Assembly: GCA_053919585.1 (NCBI GenBank)
Contig: CM132796.1
Strand: one strand, 5' to 3'
Length of the DNA: 64,000 nucleotides
Origin: Euprymna scolopes
Taxonomy: Eukaryota
The notes under the pieces are model-generated. The model made no database searches, was not told where the DNA came from, and saw nothing but the letters and a program-made list of their open reading frames with translations. Made by a program: the position numbers and the translations under genes. Numbering within the stretch: position 1 is the stretch's first letter; each line of letters starts with the position of its first letter. Shown one piece after another: positions 12,310 through 26,824 of the stretch.

Positions 12310-13643
12310 CAAATATTAACGGTGCGAGACGTTAGGAAAGAAGCCCGTGTAGTTGTAGAAAAAGAAATCGTGAAGCAACAAAGATTCCTCTTGTTTAATG
12401 GCACACTTCGCGTGTTTGTACTTATAAAATAGGAGGCTGTACATCTGGAACGACTCCCTATATTATAATTTGCTCGCACTCGTGTACAATTTAAATGTAA
12501 ATAAATGTGTAGATTAGAAGGCGTATTGTACTGTAAATACATGTTTTACACAGGAATCACAATTTATCAAGGCTCGAATGCCATTCAAGGATAATGGATA
12601 TACATTAGTCAATGTGATTATAGCGTAGTAAATATAAGTAGTGGGAATTTTGCAAATTGGATTACTCAGGAGAATGCTTCATAAAGAAATTGTTTGCGTT
12701 GGACTTGAAGACAATCAGATTGCAGTCAGCTATAAAGCAGGTAACCGGAATAGAGTTCCACAGACATGGAGTTCTAAGAATGTTTACCCAAATATAGGGG
12801 AAATAGTTAAAGCAATTGAAAAATAAAAAAAATAGGCATGTATACAAATAGAAGGAAAACTAGTTAAATGGAGGGAATAAGGTAATGAGAGGAGAAACAA
12901 AATAAAACNNNNNNNNNNNNNNNNNNNNNNNNNNNNNNNNNNNNNNNNNNNNNNNNNNNNNNNNNNNNNNNNNNNNNNNNNNNNNNNNNNNNNNNNNNNN
13001 NNNNNNNNNNNNNNNNNNNNNNNNNNNNNNNNNNNNNNNNNNNNNNNNNNNNNNNNNNNNNNNNNNNNNNNNNNNNNNNNNNNNNNNNNNNNNNNNNNNN
13101 NNNNNNNNNNNNNNNNNNNNNNNNNNNNNNNNNNNNNNNNNNNNNNNNNNAATGTTATGAACGAAAAAAATAAAATTAATATAGCAGAAACAAAACTATA
13201 ATAATAGCATTATAAACGATAATCATAATTGAAACAAAAATATTGACATATGACATATATATAGAGAGAGGTTGATAGATACACATATCGTATAATATAC
13301 TAACACTAACAGCAGAAGATATTTCTGATTTGCCTATTAATTTCATGAATAGTTTCTGATAAATTTAATTTATGAATTATGATTAAAATACTACAGTGTT
13401 TTAATATATTGTTAAGTAATAGCAGTTTTAGTCATTTAGAACTATTTTAAAGCTTCACCTCTGACCTATTTTTTTGACTAAATTGCAAACAATTATTACA
13501 GTTTATATATCACCTACTCTGCTATATTACGAAAATTCTTTTAGTAAAATTCTTTAGTGCTTTTGTAATAAATTTTTCAATTTGTAAAGAGGATTGCGTA
13601 GACACTTCGTCGATCAAAAAACAGGGCGTTGCAATTATCTCTA

Positions 13644-14888
13644 CGAGGGGGGTGCAATAAATAATGTCCCTTACCAACTTCCCATAGCAGTAGAGCAACA
13701 AAACTTGGCACAGTTATAAGTCTTTCCCTACATAGGGACCACTCAGTGTTGTGCATTTCTCCCATCGTTAGATGCAGCTCTGGAGACCGTTTTCGTAGAA
13801 CACACCAGGATGGTCCTCCAACCAGGACGTGACTTCAGAAATCAAGGCTGCATCATCTAGGAAACGCTTTCCTTTCAAAAACAACTTCATAGCTGGGAAG
13901 ACGTGAACATCACAGGGTGCAAGGTGAGGAGAGTAGGAAGGATGGGAGGAATTTCATAACCACACGCCCGTGCTTCTGACCTGGCGACATGCGAGTTGTG
14001 GACCGATTTGATTTTGATAGATTCCCTTTATTTTCTCAAAAGTGAAGCATAATAGGCTCCTGTAATTGTGGTACCCTTTGCCAGGAAATCTATCATCACT
14101 ACTCTGTCCTGGTCACAGAAGATTGTGAGCATGAATTTGCCAGCAGAGGGCTGCACCCTTGCCTTCTTTGAAGGTTGTGACCTCAAGTGCTTCCACTGCA
14201 ATGACTGGGCTTTGGGAATTGTATCATAGTGATGGACCCAGGTTTCATCCTGTGTAATCAGTCTTTTGAAAAATTAGACTCATCTTCTAGCCACATCTCC
14301 AAATTCATCCTCGAGCACGCGACGCGTTTTAGCTTCTGGAATAGTGTGAGCAACCTGGGAATCCATCTGAAAGACACCTTATGCATATGCAAATGGCCAT
14401 GAATGATAGTTTCCACAGACGCTGTACTAATCTTGACATATTGGGCTATTTGGCGAATAGTAATGCGCTGATTTTCCAAAATGGCAGCCTCAACTCCACG
14501 GGCAGATGCCTCATCAATGGCAGAACGGGGCGGGGCGATCAAGTCTGGCAGCTGTTTCCACAGACTTCCAGCGATGTCTGAATTCACGATGCCGCGTTTT
14601 ACAAGGTCATATGATGGGGCATTATCAGCATAAATTACTTTCATGTCATCAAAAGTCTCCTGTGGTTCGCGCCCTTTCAAATACAAAAACTGGATCACTG
14701 CTCGGCATTAAACAGGCTCCATTTTTCACCTGACTCAGTTCAACAACCTGTAAAACAGAAACCACAATTAGTTAAGAGCTGTAATTTGCCTCATAACCTT
14801 AGAGATATAAATCATTGCACATGCAAAATTTCAGTTCGATCAGACAACTGAAAGTGGGTCAGGGGAATTACTTATTACAAGCCCCTCG
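13644..14888 (-). mobile_element. Full-length decayed mariner (DD34D-type) transposon
   Basis: TA|CGAGGGG TIRs at both ends with a TA TSD, 1245 bp long. Transposase remnants include IQFLYLKG, WIPRLLT, DETWVHH and a YSPxLAPxD-like motif, with stops and frameshifts. Confidence 0.93.
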
Positions 14889-14895
14889 TACAGAG

Positions 14896-14948
<53 letters not shown>

Positions 14949-15119
14949 CTGTGTGTGTATATATGTGTGTGTGTGTAAGTAAACAAAAATGGAAGATGAA
15001 GGTATAATACTATGCATTAATATATATAGATATACATATATATAGTATCTATCTATCTATCTATCTATATATATATATATATATATATACAGAGAGAGAT
15101 AGAAAGAGAGAGATTTATT

Positions 15120-17230
15120 CATTTATTCAACAAAGGTGCACATTCAGTGTTTAGTAAGGGGCAGCTGTTTATTCCATGGTATTTTGAAGCCTAAGGCTTC
15201 TCATCGGAACAGTGGAGAAAGTGCTAGGTAACATGATATAGATACGACGTCCAGCGATAGTTTCATTAGGAACGAAATTGATTGTTAAAGATTGGGGCTC
15301 CAAAAGTGGTTCCTGTGATATAGAAGTGTAGTTTGTATTATACCATGTATGTGTGTATAAAGCATATTTTTATAGTAAGTTTTATGTTTGTGGACAGTGT
15401 GTATGTTTAAATTTATTTTATTTTATGTGGGTGTTGAAAAAAGTTGTTAGATTAAGTCTATATGTATATGTGTTGTAGGTGGGCACGAAGTTTCCATGAA
15501 ATATTTTTAAAGCTATGTTTCTACATTTTTAGATGGATTGTATTAGATAGTAATAGTGCTTAAACGAAATGTAATAAATATTAGTGAAAGTGGGATTTAT
15601 GTGGGAGTAAATTATGGGGGTGAATATTGCTAGGCGTTTACTAGTGTAAGCTAAATGATAAACAGAAAGTGGAGTAGGAAAGTAACAAATGTCTAAGGGG
15701 TATGAAGTAGATAGTTGATTACATATAATAAAAATAGAGTAATAATAGATAATGTTATTTAAAAATAATAGTAGTTTTATCGGGATGAGTACTTATTAAA
15801 TATTATAGAGTAAAATAAAATATAGGGAAAAGGTAGATGTGAAAAATGTGTGTGTTACTTTTTATTATTATGATGTTATTGTGCAAGAATGTATAACATC
15901 CCTATAATTGTTGTAAATAATCATTGTTGAGTGGGCTGCAAAGCTTCTTATTACAATTGCAATTTGTTTTAGGCTTAAAAAGGAAATGTGTCATTGGACC
16001 GATTAGTTTTTATTCTTACATGTTAAGATATTTTTTTCTTAATAAGGCATAGTTGTGTGGGAAATCCTTATTGAGTTGTTATTAAAGATAGACGTATATC
16101 GATGTGAGTATTTGAGGAATTTTGTACAGCGTAAAAATCTTTTACTTATATTAGTTTTTACACTTGTGCAATATGGAGATTAAACCAGATGTCTGTCTTC
16201 TTCCGGAGGCGGGCAGATGGGTAAGGAGTAGTAAGACTAAAATGTTGATTCTGATTATTGTGGTTGTGTGGTTCATTATTATGAAATGAGATATATTTTA
16301 TACTTGCTGTTGATCTATTAGGGGGGGCATGTTATGGGTGATCAAGAACGTTATGTGGCTTACAGATGGAGTAAAACGGTTATTTTAATTGTTGCTTGTA
16401 TCCAGATCTCCTTAGAGCCTGGTTTAAGAATGATGCATTTTGGATTTTTTTAGCGGCGAAAGAGCAGAGAATCTTCTACAGACGTATAATTGAATTAGTT
16501 AGAAGATTAATGAATGGAAGGTTGGGTTATATCTCAGTGTAAATGTTTAATGTAATGTCCAGAAAATTACAAGTGTTTTCGATGGGTTCGATAGTTACGA
16601 AGAGGCTGAATTTATTAAAGAAATCATGTCATTTCCGAGTTGTAATATTATATTCGCTTGGCTTTGCTTTGGTGATATATATGTTTAAATTCGCGTAGGA
16701 CTTCTTTCAGTAAGAAAAGCCACACTGCATGTGCACATCACGCTTATCCAGATGCCCCAAGAGTATCAAAGTTATTATGAGTGCCTTTCTAGTCAAGAGG
16801 ATATTGTTAAATGGTATTAGGGATCTTAAAGCAAGAGATATTAATTTACGTTCTTTATTTGTCAAGTCAGAATTCCTTTTAGCAAAGATTATGCCATTAT
16901 TTAAGAGAATTGAGGAAATAGATTGATAACAATCTATGCCAGTGAAAGATATGCATTTTAGCAAATGTTTGTTTTTAATGAGAGCAGAACCAATTAATTT
17001 AGGAGTAATAGTTTTGCTAGAGAGGGAGGCTTTCATGTTCTCTTCTGATAATACAATCTATCATTTTTCTTACGGCGCTCATATCCAAGATAGATGTGCA
17101 GATTAATTTAATAGAAGGCTCGTCATAAAAGTAAGGTTTATGGTTTTCGAGGGTGACTCTAGGGTTCCAGGAGTAATTATTTCAGTAATGTTGTTGAGGT
17201 TCATTAAGGTGCATAATATTTTCGAAACAC
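15120..17230 (-). mobile_element. Decayed Penelope-like element (RT plus GIY-YIG remnants)
   Basis: Minus-strand remnants PRVTLENHKPYF..PSIKLI, FTGIDCYQSISSILLNNGIIFA and DVIHSCTI resemble Penelope RT and endonuclease motifs. Confidence 0.7.
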
Positions 17231-18989
17231 ATTGACCATTTATTGATAATAACGGCTTATCATCGGAGCAGTTAAAACACTAAATATTCGAAGTTATAAA
17301 ATCAGTACAAATTACCGCATTGTTAATGGTCAATTACACAGTAATTGCATAAGATATAGGAAGATTTGGAAACCAGGATTCTAGTTTTTTTTACGAAAAT
17401 GCGTTTCAATAAAACCCTTCCAAAAAGGAATAATCATTACCATAAAGATGATAAAAGCTACAGAAATGGAAAATGCAAAATCTCTACTGACAAACACCGT
17501 ATGTTCTGAAATGTAGGTTGTATTTAATTAAGTTTAAGTCTCTGTACTTCACATAGTATGGGTCTGCTAATTGATTTCCCAGTTCGATCTTTCGATTCTC
17601 CTTGATCTTTCACGTCTATATTCTGTTATATCAGCCAAAACTGGTCAGAGGAGTACTGTTTATACCATGTGATTGGTAATTGTTTATGGCCTCTATAATC
17701 GATTAGTTCCATTATAAGTACAGCTGTATTCATTATTTCCGTCCATTTTATAGTCTCAGCGTTAAAATTTATTTACTCACCATCATCACCATCAACAGCA
17801 GCATCATTATCACCACCTCGATCATCAGGTTCATCCCCTTCCATTATCAAACGCACCTTTTTCTGTCTCTTTATTTGTATTTTTAGTTTCGTTTAAATTT
17901 CTACACTCTTAGCGTTGTTATTCTTAGGAAGACCTCAATTTTACCGTTATTTTCTGTTGTTACTCATTTTTTTAATCTATAGACTTCTTTTACGCGTCAT
18001 TTATTCTTTTCTTCTATTCGTGTTGTTTCTTTTTTTTTCATAATTTTCAACTTCGTTAGAAGGAGATCACAATCGATTCGATATTTACTTAATTTTTACA
18101 TAAACTGCATTTGTAAAATTTTGAGGTTTTTTTTTTCATGTTTCAGTTGCTGTTTTACTTAATATTATTTATCGATTATANNNNNNNNNNNNNNNNNNNN
18201 NNNNNNNNNNNNNNNNNNNNNNNNNNNNNNNNNNNNNNNNNNNNNNNNNNNNNNNNNNNNNNNNNNNNNNNNNNNNNNNNNNNNNNNNNNNNNNNNNNNN
18301 NNNNNNNNNNNNNNNNNNNNNNNNNNGATAGAAAAATGCTTCGTTGCTAGATTTTTTTTTTTGCATTTGGAAACAATTTCTCCTAACGAAGATTTTAAAA
18401 AAATATCAAAAGAATAATTTAAAAGACTGAAAATAAAATATAAACACATTTATATGTTCAACGCTGTGAGGACAAGTTAAAAAGGCTAGATGAAATATAA
18501 ACTGAATTAATTCGTTATCCATTGAAAAATTCAGCCATAGCGCACGAGATACCCTCTGTAAACTTCCAAAAGGAAGCACATTGAAATTAGAAGCATGCAT
18601 TGAATATAAAAAATATATATATTTCTATGCGTTATGTGTCAATATTTATGGTGGTGGTGCATCTCGATGTTTATAGTGTTGGACAAGAGGTTCGATCGCT
18701 TACAAATGTGTAACCGAAGACCGATATCACAATTATTTTAGTTATGTCNNNNNNNNNNNNNNNNNNNNNNNNNNNNNNNNNNNNNNNNNNNNNNNNNNNN
18801 NNNNNNNNNNNNNNNNNNNNNNNNNNNNNNNNNNNNNNNNNNNNNNNNNNNNNNNNNNNNNNNNNNNNNNNNNNNNNNNNNNNNNNNNNNNNNNNNNNNN
18901 NNNNNNNNNNNACTCGCATGTTGGTGTCTGGGGGCGCTCTTATACGATTGGACAAAATTCCACCCTAACCCTTTGTTAAGACAAGTATA

Positions 18990-21619
18990 TAAGAAAGGGA
19001 AAATCTGATGTAAAATCTGAGGCCTCCTATTGCTTAATCTGTAGTAATTATTCTTTACACCGACTTAAGTTTATGAATGGGCCCAATAATGTGGATAGTA
19101 TTTACACCAACTTTCAGCACTATAAACAAATCCTTTTTGTGGTTTTCTGACGACATAAGTTTATTCCAAAGTCGTACACACATAAGAAAGTCCACAGGCG
19201 ATAGGGTGAAAGTGTCGGTAACAGGTGAAGGATACCAGTGGAAGCTCCTAGCTTGATCTCTACATTGTGCCGACCGGTTGGTTTTGCCTGTTCTGCACAA
19301 ATACCTGAGCAATTGTGCAGTTCGTGTCCTCCGTCGGTGACAAAGCAGCCCTATTAAGGAACAGCACTATTTTCTCCATGCTGGAGAGGGAGCGACAAAA
19401 GGTGCCCTGAACAAATGTTTACTTTAAACCACCTATGATAGTGTACTCCAGCCGTTTGGGTATTCAACACGTAGTTTAAACAACAGAAAAAGTAAAAACT
19501 TTCATTGTTGATCTTTTAATATTCGCTCTAATCTTGACAATCATACTCAGTCAGCATGTCAGACGGCTCTTGTCGCACTTGAAGTGAAAACATTTGGGAT
19601 CGATATTGCAGCCCTCAGTGAACGCATCTGGCTGGCCACTCTCAACTGACTGAACAGAAATGCGAGTATACCTAGTTTCTGGAGCGGGAGTTCCGTTATC
19701 CAAGAGTGGGTGCTGCAATCAGTTCGAACCTTACAACCCTTTCCAAGGGTTTTTTTTTTCGGATCGCCTGATGACACTTACCTTTAATCTAGAATGCGAT
19801 GGCCGTGCCGTCTTAATTAGCTGTTATGCTCCTACGTTAGACAGACCAGAGCCAGAGAAAAATAAATTTTACCTACAAGTGAGAGAAATTGTCGTAAATG
19901 TGTGACAAAAATGACAAACTCGTACTATTGGATGATTTTATTGTTCGTATATGTGTAGATAGTGCATCATGGGGTGATGTTTTGGGTAATAATGTTGTTG
20001 GTCGTATGGATGATAAGGGTCTATTTTTGTTCTCACTTGTTAGAGAATTTGACCTACGTATTGCTGACACGATATTCCAACAATAAAAAAAAATCCCACA
20101 AGAATATATAGATGAACCCTTGTTGTCCTTGCATTTGATTGACTACATCATCAGCAAAAGATGTGACATAAAGGATGTTCATATGACTCGTTCATTCCAT
20201 GCAAGTTGTTATCATTCCGATAATGCTATACTTTGAAGTAAAACATCGTTGCATTCCAACACAGACGAATGAACCGTTCCTCTGTCCCTAAACAAATTAA
20301 CCTCCTTTCGTTATATAATATCGTTCAACACGCTGCAATGCCGTACCACCTTGATCATTCATTAGATTCTGTTAACATAACTGATTATATTGCATATCCG
20401 TGGAAATTATTACACAAAGTAACGCTCACATCTGCATTGGAAGTTCTGGGCTTACCTATCCGTAAGAATCAGGATATGTCTGATGAGCAAAATGCTGAGG
20501 TACAGGATTTGATCAACGAGATGCACAAGGCTCACAAAATTTGGATTGAGGATTAGAACTCCACATAAAAGAAGAAAGAATACAACGCATGCAAAAACAA
20601 GGCCCAGAAAATAGTACGGCAGATAAAAAAAAACATGGTTGTCGTCACATGTTAAATCAGTGCAAAAAGCGTTTCATAAGAAACACTTGAAAGCCTTTTA
20701 TAAAGTTATAAAGAAAGTTTTGGTGGCCACACGAATCAAGTATTTATCCCATATCTGCAGGTGATGGCACATTGCTGACTGACAGAGCGGATATTTTGAA
20801 TCGCGGGAAGGAACACTTTGAAGCAGTTCTAAGCAATACTTTCACGACTGACAGAGAAATAATTTCATCTATCACTGAGCGATGTGAAATTCCTGCACTC
20901 TACCTCCTTCCAGCATTACATGAGGTTTTTGTTGCGATCAAGCAAATTTCCTCCGGGAAAAATATGGGAAAGACGCCTTACCTCCTGAGGTTTTTAAGAT
21001 CGGTGGTCAGAAACTAGTGAAGAAGCAACATTGTCTCTTTATGAAGATCTAGCAAACTAGAAATGTCCCTCAGAATTTCAAGGACGCATTAAATCAACAC
21101 CTGTATGAAAACACAGAATAAAGAAAACTATGACAACAATCATTGCATCTCACTTTTATCAATTGCAGGAAAGATCAAGTCAAGCATAATCAAACATCTT
21201 GTCGACGATAACTACCCCGAATCTCAGTGCGGTGTCCGTGCTGGTCCAGGTACTGTTGATATTATGTTTTCCCTCCGCACGGTCGCTAAGTTCGCAAGTA
21301 AAATGAAGAGATGTATATGGTCTTCATTGACCTTACAAATATATTTGACCCAGTCTACCGTGCAACACACTGGAACGTTTCGAAAAGGTTTGGAATACCT
21401 GATAACCTGTTGAATGTAATCATGATATTTCATGATAAAATCAATGCATGTGATTTTTCAACTTTGAAGTCTTCAGTGCGATAAATGGTTCCAAATAGGG
21501 TTGCGAAATGGTACCTGTACTGTTTGCTTTGTTCTTTCCAGTTATGCTGAAATATGATTTTGCTGTTATAGATACAGGCGCAGAAATCATATGTAGTCAA
21601 TAATGTTTGTACAATAAAC

Positions 21620-21620
<1 letters not shown>
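18990..21620 (+). mobile_element. Decayed RTE-clade LINE (APE endonuclease plus N-terminal RT), 3' truncated
   Basis: Remnants include TALVALE...IDIAALSE, LISCYAPTL, HLIDYII, ISLLSIAGK and YPESQCG.R.G.GTVD. Confidence 0.82.
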
Positions 21621-21685
<65 letters not shown>

Positions 21686-21692
21686 TATATAG

Positions 21693-22089
21693 TCACGAGC
21701 TTCTTTGCTCAGCAACCGAGAAGGCTAACTTGCTTGCCAGTCGGTTTGCCTCAAACTCCACACTGGACCCTCAAAACCACCCCTACCTCAATTTCCTATG
21801 CGGAAAGACGCCACGCTAGACGATCTGGAAATCACCCCTGCTCAGGTGCATGCTATCATAAAAACCTTGACACTTCCAAAGCATGTGGACCCGACCTCAT
21901 CCCAGCTGTGCTATTAAAAAAGTGCTCAGCCGAAGTAGCTCCAGTTCTCTCCAAACTCTACAACAAATGGCTTAATGAATCTTGCTTTCCGACCTGTTGG
22001 AAAACTGCTTCTGTGGTACCAGTATTCAAGAATTCTGGCGAAAGAACTGACCCATTAAATTATCGCCCTATTAGCCTCCTCCCACTTTT
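21693..22089 (+). mobile_element. CR1/L2/Jockey-group LINE reverse-transcriptase fragment
   Basis: LDTSKACGPDLIPAVLLKKCSAEVAPVLSKLYNK..NESCFPTCWKTASVVPVFKNSGERTDPLNYRPISLLP, running into a gap. Confidence 0.88.
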
Positions 22090-22879
22090 NNNNNNNNNNN
22101 NNNNNNNNNNNNNNNNNNNNNNNNNNNNNNNNNNNNNNNNNNNNNNNNNNNNNNNNNNNNNNNNNNNNNNNNNNNNNNNNNNNNNNNNNNNNNNNNNNNN
22201 NNNNNNNNNNNNNNNNNNNNNNNNNNNNNNNNATTTTATATGCATCGATCTTTTCCTTTATCTCCAGAACAACCTATCTATATTTTTTAACGTGCTCGTG
22301 TGCGCCTACGCAAATATAAATGTATAGGTTTAAGACAGTTTATTATTTCTGTACTTTATTCTTTAGCCCAGATTGTAAAAATATTAACAACTAAATATTT
22401 TGGTTTCGATTNNNNNNNNNNNNNNNNNNNNNNNNNNNNNNNNNNNNNNNNNNNNNNNNNNNNNNNNNNNNNNNNNNNNNNNNNNNNNNNNNNNNNNNNN
22501 NNNNNNNNNNNNNNNNNNNNNNNNNNNNNNNNNNNNNNNNNNNNNNNNNNNNNNNNNNNNNNNNNNNNNNNNNNNNNNNNNNNNNNNNNNNNNNNNNNNN
22601 NNNNNNNNNNNNNNNNNNNNNNNNGGCTCCTATATGTTTGACTATTTTAAAAACCTGATTACATATACTGATAGAAGATGTATCGAGATACGGGAATTGG
22701 TATGTTTGATCTGGCAGAACGGTGGTTCATTAAAATTGTGGCGTCTGCGGTCGCGCCTGGTCCACAAAGTATGAAAATAAAAAATTAAAAAATAAAAAAA
22801 AACACTTAGTAGTGTGTTTTATATAGATGTACATAAGAAATATTTTGATAAGTATGTTTCAACATAAATAAGGATGGTA

Positions 22880-23416
22880 TAATAAAATTGTGGGGTCTGC
22901 AGTCGGACCTCATCTTCCTTTGTTTCTTTGTGCTGTGGTTAGATTTCCTATTTTCACTTAAAGCAGTGCAGACTTTTGTAATTCTTTATTCAATGTTGAT
23001 CAGCTGACTCTAAATAGTAATAGTCTAAGTTAGGTTTTTCCAGATTCGTTTTGCTTTTTATTAGAATAGCTTCTGATTGTCCATATACGTCAGATGGTTT
23101 ATTCTTTATTTTGTGTCTCTAATCTTGTATCCAATGCTAAGACTTCTGACTATATAGCTATCATAAACAGTAGTGGATATAGAACAACTCATTGGAAGAT
23201 ACCTTTGTATTCTTATCTACAGCAGATGCTATACTTCTATTGTCAGTCCTAGTTTTCATACTCCCATAATGTTCTTAATACTTATTCAGGTGGCCAGTTC
23301 CATGTATTTTTTTTGTTTTGTCACCTTTGTCTTTAACCTATATTCGCCGGGGACAGCAAAATCTAAAGTTAAACTTTTTTTCTTCTTCAAGGCTCCAGGT
23401 TTCCTTATCCGAAAAA

Positions 23417-23478
<62 letters not shown>

Positions 23479-23900
23479 TAATGTGGATTATTTTGTGAGT
23501 TTTCTTTCCCAGCATAATATAGTATTCTCTCTTGTTGGATAATTTTTCAATTTTGAAACATTCAATTATTCATTCCGTCGTTTTATTTCCGTTTAGTCAA
23601 TCTATGCCATGGCTATGTTCGTATATCCTACGGTGTACCGTCTTCAAAATCTATGTTTTCAGGTGTCCCTTTCTCCTAACAAAATAATACACACTTAAGA
23701 TTATTGCGCTAGTTATATTCTCTCATTTTTACTGTTTAGATTTTCCAGTTGCGTCGTAAACAAGTGATTGGACTGGAGGTGATGGAATTCGTGTATGGTG
23801 TGTTTTTGTATTAACGTAGTTTTTCTTTTGATGTTTAATTCTCGTAGTCTGTTTTGTTAATACAACTTCTCAGTTTTTGTGCTAGCATTTAATGTAGGTC
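22880..23900 (-). mobile_element. R4/Dong-like LINE RT remnant
   Basis: Minus-strand KGIFQ*VVLYPLLFMIA resembles GIFQGDxLSPLLF. A (TA)n tract interrupts it. Confidence 0.55.
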
Positions 23901-23933
23901 ATGAATGTTTGAAAAAATAACAGTATGCATGTA

Positions 23934-23964
<31 letters not shown>

Positions 23965-26824
23965 TTTAATTATTTATTAGGAGTAGTTACACCGGCCATC
24001 GTAAAGGATTTCTCTTTCGGAACAATCTGTGGTGTTTTCTGGAACCCGATTCACAACATTTTCCCCCAGATTTCCAGCAGTGTCCAACTCTTTTGATAAC
24101 GTTTGCAGATGAATTTGCGTTATCGAACCAACGGCTTAACATTGCTTTCTCGGTGACGGCGACCATTGGTCCTCGCTGAAATGTGGATGACAATAAGCTT
24201 TTCCAAAGTGTCAGTCCTATTTGCACTCACCCAGTGGAAGTATTTCACTTCTCGCTCTTTCCATCTTCATTGGCCCTTCTCGATTATTTGGTGCGGCATC
24301 AGTTTATGGTGACACACAATTCGAAAAGTGTATTTGATTAAAAAGAAATAGCGTTACGTTTTCTAAATAACCTTGCAAATAGATAATTACATATAAGTAT
24401 TTTCGACCGGCTTCTGAAAATTTTATATATGTAAAATTGTTTCCTGTATTGACGATAATAATTCCGAGAAAATTAAATGCAAGATAATTAAATTTTGTGC
24501 TCGTAGAGCCTAAGTGTTCGTCATTGTGGAGCGATGTTTATGTATGTTCTACAATGCTTACAATGATCCAGTGCAAATCAAGTAAGAGGGCACATCAGCC
24601 TCTGTCAATATCTGGTCGTGTTTTAGTCTGAGTGTGGCAAGAAAAAACGCTACAGAAACAAAAGAAAAAATCGGCCTGGTGACAGTGATTAATTAACGTC
24701 CACGCTACTCATGGATACCTTCTGAACCAAAAATTCCTTCGTTCACATGCAAGCTTTTGGTCTTGCTGTTATTAGTGTTAGGGGTAAATTATGAAATCTT
24801 CTATGAAATCGTTAATAGTTGCATCATACGAAAAAGAGTTCATTCTGATATCATCTTGAGGCATGTTTTTCAACATTGCAAACAGCACAGCACCTACAAT
24901 TTATACGTAAACAGAGGTTACAATTTAATGCTATTAAAACTAAGCTTCTTTCGTTTAACAAATACATGACACCTTCTCAACGATGACTAAAAATACAATA
25001 ACTGAAAAATCTTTATTGAAACTCCTCGGCCTTACATTCACAGGCAACATTGCTTAGACCAAATACAAAAACAAAGCTTATTTTCTAGAACTGATCGCCC
25101 ACGAAATGCTGTTCCAATAGTCTGCCGCCTATATCACTACAACATGGTCTTCTGTGAGTCCAAACTAAACAAGTTCTTTAAGGCCCTAAATAATCAATTT
25201 CCACCCTATTTCCAAGTTAATTATTAATAAGCTGTTATTTCAATGACCATCGTAACTTTTATCGTTGAGGGGCATTACGGTCTTAAGTCATGGTTCTCCT
25301 GTTAAGAAAACAGAACATTGCGAAGGTTGCTTCTTTCGACTGTGCTAGAAAATTACCCACACCTAAGAGTAACAATCATCTTTACACATAACTATACACA
25401 CACGCATGCTGTATCATTTGCACATGTGGTCTTTTGCATCTGCAATTAATACCTTGCTATATGAGAATTCCAAAAGAAAGCTTAAAACCTTAAGGTCCCG
25501 CAAGATCAACCAACCGCCAACCCTATACCATCGCCAAAATGTTGCATGGCTGTAACTGTTTTACGTATAATAGAATGGACTCTAATAATTATAGTCATTT
25601 TTTCGCCCTCGACAAAAATGCCTTCTACTTACCTGACACTCCTTCTATTATTCTAGTCTTAAATGTCTTTCAACTCAAACTGCAGTATGTTATAATTCCC
25701 TAGTCTTGGACCCCTTTTTATCTGACTGTTTTGACATGCAGAATACAATTGTAATATAAACAAACATATTGTTGCTTAACCTCCTGTGGTTAAAAGTAAA
25801 GAACCTTATCTCATGCATCGTGCGGCTCGTGTTAGGAAAGAAAAAAAAGAGAAAATAAAAATGGCCGCCCCTGGTATTTATGGACGGAAAATCACGTGAT
25901 GTGACGAGAGTGAGTTCAAATTTAACGTCACCTCCCACATATTGTCTCTGTATATTGTAGTCTTAACAACTGGTAATGGTGATGAGATTTGGCGTAAAAA
26001 TCAATAAAAAGCTATGATGTTTACATCTTTGGTATCATATGTATATCTGCACACAATTTTAAACATTTCAATGGATTCCACGTGATGCGCCATCAGACAT
26101 AGATAATGAAGAGCGTTTGATAATTGGCTTAGGTTCAAAAAAGCGATAAGCTATTTCATTATGACAAATAAAATACTGGAGAATCAAATGTCTTGATAAA
26201 ATCGGCTTTTCAAATAATGATTAAAATTGCCTCTAATAAACTAAATTGGTGAATAAAATTAGCTTCTCTTAAACACGTAAAATAATTAGACTGTCAATAA
26301 CTTGATAGCCTCGCCAATTTATAATGAATGTTATCAATCTCTCTGTCTATTCTATTTAACGTTATCGTAGTATGGTATAACAGATGTAAATAAGTTTTAT
26401 ATGCAAAATTTCATTCCTAAATATTCACTCCGTTGAACACAATACCACTGGGGCACTTCCTTACTTACTACACTATCGTCTTTCTTTACTCCAATGTTAA
26501 GATGTCCAAATAGATAATTACATTCTGCCTAGTATCAACCATCGTCACAAAGCCGAATTTTGTTGTTTTACTCCCCATCTGACAAACTCATTTTCCTTTA
26601 TCCTTGATTTGTATTTTGGCCTGAATAAATGGTAACCTGTTATCCCATGATAAAATATAGTTGAAATAGTATATGGTGTTGTAGTGTAGTATTGTATGAA
26701 ATGATATAGAAGGTATTACTATTCACAGTCGACAAAAATTAATGCTAATATATTTTGAATGTTGGTCGTACGGAATTTCCTGTGTTTTAATTAAACCAAC
26801 CTTATACGCCTTATCTTATATTTA

